Source: Desulfocapsaceae bacterium (GTDB lineage: Bacteria; Desulfobacterota; Desulfobulbia; Desulfobulbales; Desulfocapsaceae). Taken from it: a stretch of DNA of 64,000 nt. The notes beneath the pieces were generated by a model. It saw only the letters and a program-made list of their open reading frames with translations. It was not told where the DNA came from and did not search any database. The stretch spans positions 73,515 through 137,514 of the forward strand of contig CAXXTV010000009.1 in NCBI GenBank assembly GCA_963674815.2, read 5' to 3'. Shown in pieces: positions 42,339 to 49,914 of the stretch; position 1 is the first letter of the stretch; every line of letters begins with the position of its first letter. The position numbers were made by a program, and so were the translations under genes.

Positions 42339-42616
42339 AACCATAACACACACATCTGGAAGGATTTTCGGGCAGGGTATACACATATACCCTGCCTTTT
42401 TTAATTCAGCCGGACAGCTGGCTATCCCTTCATACCAGAGATAAAACGATAATTTTAATATGCATATTTGAACACATTGAACAATATTATTGCCATTAGT
42501 GATACTATTTCTGTACTTTACTAAACCAATTGCTATTCGTTATTATAGGTATTAATGTGCTTATATATACATCTTAAATAGGATAATATCGTTCAATGTG
42601 ATCAAATGGTAACATT

Positions 42617-42955
42617 ATGAAACATGAAAACATGTCTCCGCGTGCCATGGCGCAAGAGCTAGGCAACAGGGTGAGGCAGGCCAGGCTCCGGGCTGACCTG
42701 ACCCAGTCTGAGGTAGCGTCACGATCCGGCCTGAGCAGGAGGACCATCCTCAACGCTGAAAAAGGCAAGGTCCAGCTGGAGAATCTTGTCGCTATCCTGG
42801 CAGCGATGGATATGATCGCACACCTTGATATGTTTTTACCTGTGCAGGAAATATCCCCGATCCAGCTGGCAAAACTCAAAGGGCAGCAGCGGCAGCGGGC
42901 GTCAGGCACCAAGGACAAGAAAGCTCCAGGCAAGGAGTATAAACCATCATGGTAA
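42617..42955 (+). CDS. hipB: XRE-family HTH antitoxin (HipB-like)
   Basis: 112 aa. HTH (LGNRVRQARLRADLTQSEVASRSGLSRRTILNAEKG). Overlaps the hipA start by 7 nt. Confidence 0.75.
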   Translation: MKHENMSPRAMAQELGNRVRQARLRADLTQSEVASRSGLSRRTILNAEKGKVQLENLVAILAAMDMIAHLDMFLPVQEISPIQLAKLKGQQRQRASGTKDKKAPGKEYKPSW

Positions 42956-44268
42956 TGGATGTCGCCCGGGTAAAATACAGGGGACATACGATTGGTGCTG
43001 TCAGTTTTGACACTGAAACGGGCAGAGGCTCTTTTGAATTTGAGCCTCGTTTTATCGAAACAGGAATCGAGCTGTCGCCCATAAAAATGCCGTTGTCCCG
43101 AAAAATATATTCATTCCCGGAAGCTGACCCGGCAGCGTTTCATGGTCTGCCTGGAATGATCGCCGACTCGTTGCCTGACGATTTCGGCACCGCTGTATTA
43201 AATAGTTGGGCGGCCAGCCAGGGTATATCGCCCGCTGCTATTACCCCACTGCAACGCTTGAAATACACAGGCAAACGCGGCATGGGCGCCTTAACCTACC
43301 ATCCCGCTGTCCGCAAGAAAAACCTGAATGCTTCACAGCATGTCGAAATTCAGTCTCTGATTGCCATTGCCCAGGAAATCCTGGATAAGCGAGAGCATTT
43401 CCAGGTAAACCTTGGCACCCGGGGCCGGGAAGACAAAGAAGCAATGCTGGCCTTATTGTCGGTGGGTGTCAGCGCGGGTGGTGCCAGGCCAAAAGCGGTA
43501 CTCGCGTTTAACCGTGATTTCACACAGGTGCGCTCAGGGCAGACAGATGCTCCGGAAGGGTTTACTCATTATATAATGAAATTTGATGGCGTCAGTGAAC
43601 ACAATACAGACAGGGAGACCTTTGGCGACCCGCTCGGATATGGAGCGATGGAGTATGTCTATTACCTCTTGGCGACTGCTTGTGAAATAGAAATGATGCC
43701 GTGCCGCCTGCTCGATGAAGGGAAAAGGCGACATTTTGTCACCCAGCGCTTTGACCGGCAGGGAAATAAAAAGAACCATGTACAAACGTTAAATGGCCTG
43801 GTGCATGTCAGCTACAGGCAGGTAGGCTCCTTCTCGTATGCTGAACTGCTTGCGACCGCAAGAGAGCTTAAGTTAGGCGCCGATGACGCAATGCAGCTGT
43901 TCAGACGCATGGTGTTCAATGTTGTGGCACGAAACCATGATGATCATTCAAAAAACGTTTCATTCATGCTCGATGATCAACATCAATGGAAATTAGCCCC
44001 CGCTTACGACCTGGCCTACAGCTACAAGCCCGGCAGCCGTTGGGTAGATAGTCACTGGATGACGCTCAATGGGAAACGGGACAATTTCACCCGGGAAGAT
44101 TTTTACAGCTTTGAATCACTGAGTCCGTTATTCAGCAAGCGAACAATTGACGGGATAATAGATGAGGTTACAGAGCATGTTTCAAAATGGAAAACCTTGG
44201 CCACCGAGCACAGCGTGCCGAAATCATTGGTCAAGCTGATAGGAAGCAATTTACGCCTGTTGCTCTAG
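42949..44268 (+). CDS. hipA: HipA-family serine/threonine kinase toxin
   Basis: 439 aa. HipA N-terminal coupling region (GSFEFEPRF, LPGMIADSLPD) and kinase core (GGARPKAVL, ARNHDDHSKNVSFM, LAPAYDL). Confidence 0.85.
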   Translation: MVMDVARVKYRGHTIGAVSFDTETGRGSFEFEPRFIETGIELSPIKMPLSRKIYSFPEADPAAFHGLPGMIADSLPDDFGTAVLNSWAASQGISPAAITPLQRLKYTGKRGMGALTYHPAVRKKNLNASQHVEIQSLIAIAQEILDKREHFQVNLGTRGREDKEAMLALLSVGVSAGGARPKAVLAFNRDFTQVRSGQTDAPEGFTHYIMKFDGVSEHNTDRETFGDPLGYGAMEYVYYLLATACEIEMMPCRLLDEGKRRHFVTQRFDRQGNKKNHVQTLNGLVHVSYRQVGSFSYAELLATARELKLGADDAMQLFRRMVFNVVARNHDDHSKNVSFMLDDQHQWKLAPAYDLAYSYKPGSRWVDSHWMTLNGKRDNFTREDFYSFESLSPLFSKRTIDGIIDEVTEHVSKWKTLATEHSVPKSLVKLIGSNLRLLL

Positions 44269-44525
44269 CAATAGCTTGAGAGTACAGTTTTCTGAGGCCG
44301 TCCTGCGAAAACAAATAAAAAACCGAGTGTGATTCCATAAACGATATCTCACTCGGCCATTCTTCACCGGCGAACCTGCCTGGCAATCATTAACAGCATA
44401 TACGACATTGTAGTGTTGTTTATCTCGACACCAGCTATATCAGGGTAATCTTGAATAAACGCAATGAACAGAGACCCAACAGCTACAAATGAAAAACTTA
44501 TCGGAAATCCAGATGTTACTCAGAC

Positions 44526-44599
44526 AAAAAACACGAAAGACCCGTAACTATCTAAAGTTACATGTTTTTACGTCAATGGTGCGAAGACGGAAGGTGAAC
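44526..44599 (-). repeat. degenerate duplicate of the tRNA-Leu 3' end plus its terminator hairpin (att-like remnant, copy B)
   Basis: 44526-44599 aligns by eye, with roughly three quarters identity, to 50545-50620. Shared parts are the A-run, CGAAAG, the CCCGTAAC...AAAGTTAC hairpin, then TGGTGCGAAGACGGAAGGTGAAC versus TGGTGCCGAAGGCGAGACTCGAAC. Confidence 0.65.
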
Positions 44600-44845
44600 A
44601 GGTCATTCTGCATTGACGTTGGTTCATCGAGGAACAGTATCCCGCCCACATGATCTGCTAGGAAACTGGAGTCGTTGATTCTTCGGCAGCCACCGCATCA
44701 GTTACTAAAAAAGAAGAAAGGAAGTGTTTCTATGGATTTCTGAGCATGCACTTGATATCGTGGAGAAACAAAAGATACAAGCTATAGAGAGCCCAGAACT
44801 TCTCTATGAGAATCCCATAATTAAAATGCAAATAGATTTCCTCTC

Positions 44846-45922
44846 GTGAATACAAAACAAAAACTCCACGACTCTTTCATATTCTGCGTGTTCATGATGC
44901 TGGGGTCAATGCTGCCCGGTTGTATCATGGTACATGAACAGATTATCCCACATACTTTTTACACCCTTCTTGATCTCAAAGTTGAGGACGGGGATGTCCT
45001 GTGCTTACTAAAAAAACAAGAGACTCGATCGGAATTATCAGTAATGCACGCTATCATGAGTGAACCTTCAAAAACAGCTTACTCAAGTCAATCGGTCGCT
45101 CTTTTATCGTTTGGCCTGGAAGAGCTAATGAACGTGGATGAAGAAACAATAGAGGTTAAAACGCAGACAGAGGTAATTCATCGCAAAAGCATATTTGGAA
45201 ATATCCATCTAAGCATAATCAATGGAAGCTTACTGTTCGGAAGAGATGTCGTAAATGATTTAAAATATTTTGCTTTTATAGAGTTGTACGGAGAGAAGAA
45301 ATCCTACCCTCTATATGAGGATCCTAACGTCAGAGTGAAAATGAAGTCGCTGGACAATGAAAGAATGTATTATACGACCAACGACACGGATTATTACGTT
45401 TATTTCATCAAAGAGAAGAAATCCCAAAAACTTGAGTATACATTGGCTTCGCCTGATCCGGACAATGCAAACCTTGGCCCCGTCGAGTCATTAAGAGAAG
45501 ACCTTTTCATAGAATATGTCGGCGAGGATGCCAGTGTATTTAATAATGGAGTTCAAACGCCATACAAGGTGAAAATTGTAAATACGAGAACTAATCAGAC
45601 TTATTCCAATTTCATGCTCCCAAGCTACAGGTTGATATATGATTATCAGAACATTGAGCAGCATGAGGAGATACTTTCGAGGGCAGATTTCAGGGGAATT
45701 GCTATTTCAGATACATACGGTAATGTCTTACACTATTTATCTAAAGAGAAAATTCCGGAATATAGCAGAGCAATGTTCTACGAGGGTAAAGTAATCGCAG
45801 CAGGAACATCTGTACATCATGATCGTCTAGGGGATTTTCAATATATCGACATATTTATTTGGGACTATAAAAACGACAAACTGATCACTAAAAGTTATCG
45901 TTGCGGCAGGGCCGGCTTATAA
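44846..45922 (+). CDS. hypothetical protein, possible lipoprotein (AT-rich island)
   Basis: 358-aa ORF with a GTG start. N-terminal hydrophobic segment ending in LPGC. No recognisable family. Confidence 0.5.
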   Translation: MNTKQKLHDSFIFCVFMMLGSMLPGCIMVHEQIIPHTFYTLLDLKVEDGDVLCLLKKQETRSELSVMHAIMSEPSKTAYSSQSVALLSFGLEELMNVDEETIEVKTQTEVIHRKSIFGNIHLSIINGSLLFGRDVVNDLKYFAFIELYGEKKSYPLYEDPNVRVKMKSLDNERMYYTTNDTDYYVYFIKEKKSQKLEYTLASPDPDNANLGPVESLREDLFIEYVGEDASVFNNGVQTPYKVKIVNTRTNQTYSNFMLPSYRLIYDYQNIEQHEEILSRADFRGIAISDTYGNVLHYLSKEKIPEYSRAMFYEGKVIAAGTSVHHDRLGDFQYIDIFIWDYKNDKLITKSYRCGRAGL

Positions 45923-45927
45923 AGACG

Positions 45928-46009
45928 GTTAGTCTGAAAAGCACCTATCAAGAAATAGCACCATATGTGACATTGTGGTGCTTCTGAGCAAATCCTCTAA
46001 CGGTGTCGA
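45928..46009 (+). repeat. about 80-bp imperfect-palindromic repeat, copy 1
   Basis: Shares CCTATCAA...AGCACCAT.TG.GACATTGTGGTG.TT.GA.CAA.TCCTCTAA.GG.GTCGA with 50286-50361. Contains the hairpin 45957-45982 and outer GTTAG/CTAAC arms. Confidence 0.7.
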
Positions 46010-46115
46010 TAAGATAACGTATAATATTTTTCGCACATTTTTTTGAAGAGGTGGCCTCAACGTGGTTAATTGGCAGTCGCCAAACAAACCATAAACCACT
46101 TGAGGAGAGGCCACC

Positions 46116-46388
46116 ATGAAGGAACAATACACTAAGAAGCTTGGCAATGTCATTGAGATTAACGAATCTGAAGTACAGAATCACTTGGGTGAGTTGGTTC
46201 GCACGACGGTCGAAGAAACATTAAATTCAATGCTTGACGCCGAAGCTGATGCTTTATGTAACGCAACGAGGTATGAGCGAACCGAATCTCGCACTGATAC
46301 AAGGGCTGGTTACTATGAGCGTGATCTGCATACCCGCGCTGGAGAGGTAAAGTTGAAAGTCCCCAAACTGTCGATCAGCGTGCAATAA
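46116..46388 (+). mobile_element. IS256-family transposase, N-terminal remnant only (about 85 of about 400 aa)
   Basis: LNSMLDAEADALCNATRYERTESRTDTRAGYYERDLHTRAGEVKLKVPKL parallels IS256 Tnp (...EYERTENRQSQRNGYYERSFTTRVGTLELKVPR...). It terminates inside the 32-bp tandem duplication. The DDE core is absent. Confidence 0.8.
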
Positions 46389-46424
46389 TGAGCCCCAAAC
46401 TGTCGATCAGCGTGCAATAATGAG
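46361..46424. repeat. perfect 32-bp tandem duplication (2 copies) at the IS256-remnant junction
   Basis: CCCCAAACTGTCGATCAGCGTGCAATAATGAG occurs at 46361-46392 and again at 46393-46424. Confidence 0.95.
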
Positions 46425-46833
46425 CCCTTTGCAAGGGGATCTCGTCTAATCTTTTTTTCCGTGTTAATGCTCTATCACTTGATTCGTCTATAATCGGTTT
46501 ACTTATAGAGATATCACTATCATCGATAATGAATTTAGATGTCTCCCAGTTATTTGATATTTCTTTTGAGAGTCTGTACTGATGAATGGGATTTGGTATT
46601 TCCAAGGTTCGCCTTAATGTTCCAACCCTTGCAAGATTATATTTGATTGTGCTAGCAGATTTTTTAACACTAGTAATAGCTTCAGGTAGACCTAATATAT
46701 CAACAAAATCGCCAGCCACTGCTTCTGCAAATGAATCTGTATTGAAAGGAGGTGGTAATTCTGCTGGAAAATATCCAAATTTTAACAAGTCCGGAATGTC
46801 GATCATATTTTCGCCTAAATGTAATTTTCCCAT
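46375..46833 (-). pseudogene. N-terminal fragment of an Abi/UG-type reverse-transcriptase-like gene (truncated)
   Basis: GYFPAELPPPF plus YNLARVGTLRRTLEIPNPIHQYRLSKEI resembles the pre-RT and RT motif 1-2 region (IPK..G..R.L.IP...) of defence-associated RTs. The ORF stops in the 32-bp duplication before any YxDD motif. Confidence 0.4.
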
Positions 46834-47133
46834 TATGATGATGTATTTGTATTAATTATATTATCAGATCACTTGATAGGTTACTGCAATAGTTAGGGGT
46901 AACCCAACCAAAACAAATTTGCAAAGTAATTTCTAATAGTTAAGAATCATTCTTATAACAATCAGAATTGACATATTCCTATAAGAATGCAATGAAGCGT
47001 TTCTTAACATAGCAGACATACCACAATGTAACCTAACAAATTGTCCCTCGACTTTTCCAACTCTATCCTGCTAAAATAATAAGATTATTCCAGTTGAATC
47101 TTAATCACCAACTCCCAAAAGCGGAGATCAGGA

Positions 47134-47712
47134 ATGAAATGGGCTTTCGTTGACTACGAAAACACAGGTTCCCTTAAGGAGCTTAAACTCTCAGATTACG
47201 GTCGGATACTGGTTTTCTGTGGACCAAAGAACACTCAAATAAAATTCGGCTCAATACCGACAAATGAATTTTGTAGTATTGAAATCATTGGGGTCAGCAC
47301 AATGGGCTCAAACAACCTTGACTTCCATATAGCATTTCAACTTGGTCGATTCCATGAATCTGCAGGACCTGAAATAGAGTTCAATATTATTTCAAACGAC
47401 CATGGCTTTAATGGCCTTATAAGCCACCTCAAGAAGATTGGCCGCAAATGCAAAAGAATTCCTACCAAAACGATAGTTGAACCACCAAAAAAGAATGTGG
47501 TTTTAAGTGAGTGCGCATCTATTGTTATTACTCGGCTCACAGTATTAGATGGCAGAAAACGCCCGAGAAAAAAAGCAGGGTTAGTTAACTGGATAAAGTC
47601 GCAGTGCAATGGCATTTCCAATGGATCCAAACCTAGCCATGTATTCAAGGAATTAACCACTGCTAACCTGATTGGAGAAGATCAGAACAATATTCGTTAC
47701 AATCTTAAATAA
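47134..47712 (+). CDS. NYN/PIN-like nuclease-domain protein with C-terminal winged-helix-like region
   Basis: 192 aa. WAFVDYEN, NNLDFHI and IISNDHGFNGLISHLKKIG match the acidic-residue pattern of NYN/LabA-type domains (D.eN ... D ... SgD.DF). RBS GGAG is upstream. Confidence 0.5.
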   Translation: MKWAFVDYENTGSLKELKLSDYGRILVFCGPKNTQIKFGSIPTNEFCSIEIIGVSTMGSNNLDFHIAFQLGRFHESAGPEIEFNIISNDHGFNGLISHLKKIGRKCKRIPTKTIVEPPKKNVVLSECASIVITRLTVLDGRKRPRKKAGLVNWIKSQCNGISNGSKPSHVFKELTTANLIGEDQNNIRYNLK

Positions 47713-47714
47713 TC

Positions 47715-48272
47715 ATGCTATTCGAACGAGAATCTCTCCACTGTGGAAAGGCGTTGTTGGCATCGCTTGCTAAAGAGATTGAAGAAGTTGAGTCTGTCCT
47801 ATCCATTCAACAATGGGCACCTGATTTTTCTTATCCATCCAAGTCAACAACACTTCGTAATCAAGCCGCTTACAATAAGTCCCTATCAACATCTCTAGAT
47901 GAACTGGGATGGCAACTACAACCACGTCTTAGTCATTGTCCAAGCCTAATAGGAGATTTTGCAAAGAGACTTGTTTTTGGTGAAATTCAATTTGGAAACA
48001 GTACGACTCTATATCGAGACTTCTACAAATTTCAGTATGGGCTTCAAAATGGTTTATTGAGTCTTGCAATATTGGTTGTACCTTACGACGAATATTCGTT
48101 CTTTCCAACCCGTTCTGCAAGCGTTAAGAACATGGCTAATTTTTCTTTAGCAAAAAGATATTTCACTGTTTTACCGATATCAGTACCTACGATTATCTAT
48201 GGATTACACTCAAATGGACATAAAACATCTGCTGAAAAAACCTCTACAAGAGCACCACAGATGTTGCTCTAA
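47715..48272 (+). CDS. BglII-fold restriction-endonuclease-like protein
   Basis: 185 aa. GDFAKRLVFGEIQFGN parallels BglII DFGKRDTLVEVQFSN (D-x8-E-x-Q). LAILVVPYDEYSFFPTRSA...LPISVPTIIYGL parallels VAIIITKGHMFPASNS...VPIRLVGL. Confidence 0.55.
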   Translation: MLFERESLHCGKALLASLAKEIEEVESVLSIQQWAPDFSYPSKSTTLRNQAAYNKSLSTSLDELGWQLQPRLSHCPSLIGDFAKRLVFGEIQFGNSTTLYRDFYKFQYGLQNGLLSLAILVVPYDEYSFFPTRSASVKNMANFSLAKRYFTVLPISVPTIIYGLHSNGHKTSAEKTSTRAPQMLL

Positions 48273-48275
48273 ATT

Positions 48276-49232
48276 ATGATAGAAATGGCATCAAATAAAT
48301 TTTCAAACTTAACTTCCATTATCCTCTCCTTTGCTATCCTTATAGTAACAGGTTCAGCACTCATAATTGGTGCCGGGTCTGATGGTTTTATGTGGATACT
48401 AGCTGCAATATTTCTGTACTGCTCTGTCCATGCTTTTATCATTACTACCCTCCACGAAAAGAAAACGAGCATCTCTTCTCAAATATTTAAACGATTATTC
48501 CCAGACAAAGCACCTACTCCAAGACATAAGGCTAGAGAGCCATCACACGCCGGATCTTTTGCCAGTAAACAAAAGAGGAGTGACTCGACAAACTCAACAA
48601 GCAAAAGCAACAATTCCTCACTATCGATAAGAGATTACCTTTTCAAAAACCACCACCAGCTTAATGATGAAATCATTCATGCTATTGAATGGAAACGATT
48701 CGAGTTGTTATGCCATTTGATTTTCGAGGCATCAGGATACAATTCGGAATTAACTGGAGATGGGGCTGATGAAGGCATAGATATACGGATATACGATACA
48801 AGCGTTCCTCGGAAACCACTCTATCTTGTCCAATGTAAGAAATATCGAGGTAATCAGAAAATAAGCAGAGAGAATATCCAACAGTTGAGAGGACAGATGG
48901 CTACCGAGAATGTTGAGAAAGGTGGCTACTGCTCAACTGGAAGCTTTACTGGTCCTGCCAGAGAATACGCAAAGACTAACAATATTGAGATATTCGACCA
49001 AAAGAAAATCATCAAGTCATTCAATAAACTGAACAATTTTGACAGAGAAATTACCCTGAGGAGATTACTTAATGGAGATTACTGGACTCCTTCCTGCGCG
49101 ACGTGCGGTGAGAAATTTAGACCCAAGAAGACCAAGAAAGGCAATATGATCTGGTGGTGTAAAAGCTCTCATACGCACGGCTGGAGTAGTATTTCCTATT
49201 ACGAAGCGGCACCAATAAAGAACGTTCATTAA
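48276..49232 (+). CDS. membrane-anchored Mrr-like PD-(D/E)xK restriction endonuclease with C-terminal zinc ribbon
   Basis: 318 aa. Two N-terminal TM helices. Mrr_cat pattern FELLCHLIFEASGY...GDGADEGIDIRIY...LYLVQCKKYRGNQKISRENIQQLRG...GGYCSTGSFTGPAREYA. C-terminal CATCGEKF...WWCKSSHTHGW. Confidence 0.7.
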   Translation: MIEMASNKFSNLTSIILSFAILIVTGSALIIGAGSDGFMWILAAIFLYCSVHAFIITTLHEKKTSISSQIFKRLFPDKAPTPRHKAREPSHAGSFASKQKRSDSTNSTSKSNNSSLSIRDYLFKNHHQLNDEIIHAIEWKRFELLCHLIFEASGYNSELTGDGADEGIDIRIYDTSVPRKPLYLVQCKKYRGNQKISRENIQQLRGQMATENVEKGGYCSTGSFTGPAREYAKTNNIEIFDQKKIIKSFNKLNNFDREITLRRLLNGDYWTPSCATCGEKFRPKKTKKGNMIWWCKSSHTHGWSSISYYEAAPIKNVH

Positions 49233-49625
49233 TTGGAATTCATCACAATGAAATTACCAGTTTTTTTATATAATTTTTCAAAAACTTACGTACCCTCTGT
49301 ACTTTTTCTATGTATCTCGTATTTGCTGACGAACAATTTTGCAAATATTCCTAAAATCATTTTCCCTTTTCAATCTACTGAGCGATATCAACATGCAGTA
49401 CCCCTAAACAAGCAAACACCAGAGGAAAATCATCCCAGACCCTCAGCAAAACCTATACCAACAGCTCCCAAGTACTACTATATAGTTGAATTTACTAATG
49501 GTGGAAGTATGAAAGCCAAAGAGATCAAGACAAACAATAATATCGTCAAAATTATTATCAGTGATAGTTATGATATGACCATGTCAAAAAGTGATATTAG
49601 ATCGATCAACAAATACAGTTTATAA
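49233..49625 (+). CDS. small hypothetical membrane protein
   Basis: TTG 49233 abuts the previous stop; ATG 49248 is an alternative. One hydrophobic helix (YVPSVLFLCISYLL). No known motif. Confidence 0.4.
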   Translation: MEFITMKLPVFLYNFSKTYVPSVLFLCISYLLTNNFANIPKIIFPFQSTERYQHAVPLNKQTPEENHPRPSAKPIPTAPKYYYIVEFTNGGSMKAKEIKTNNNIVKIIISDSYDMTMSKSDIRSINKYSL

Positions 49626-49671
49626 TTACACACCGAACCTAATAGTATCTGAAGCTCTAGGTACATAAACT

Positions 49672-49899
49672 ATGACCACCTATTCATATGACAACAGGCC
49701 TTCTATGACCAAAGGAGCCATTTCAAGCCGTATCAGGCATATTGCGAAAGAAAACGAGTATCATGTTCGAAAAAGTAAGGGGCTCTGGTATATCGGAAAT
49801 ATGGCCTGCCCTCCAAGAGCTACTCCTCACGAAGGCTTAACTGACGAGCAAGCAATAGAGTGGATAAAAGAGAACGGCTATTTCAAATATCCGGTCTGA
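49672..49899 (+). CDS. small hypothetical protein (75 aa)
   Basis: ORF in the same orientation within the operon. No recognisable motif. Confidence 0.35.
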   Translation: MTTYSYDNRPSMTKGAISSRIRHIAKENEYHVRKSKGLWYIGNMACPPRATPHEGLTDEQAIEWIKENGYFKYPV

Positions 49900-49914
49900 C
49901 TAAAAGCAAGTTAT

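Noticed and set aside
44323-44356. The hairpin CCGAGTG-20-CACTCGG, preceded by an A-run, as a minus-strand terminator belonging to the pseudo-tRNA remnant.
   Set aside because: The loop is long (20 nt) and no functional gene lies upstream on the minus strand. It is probably incidental, or a relic.
47010-47040. ACCACAATGT at about 47020 as the right inverted repeat of the IS256-like element (reverse complement of ACATTGTGGT in repeat copy 1).
   Set aside because: Only a 10-mer matches and the flanks do not align. The matched motif is itself part of a palindromic hairpin, so a chance inverted hit is plausible.
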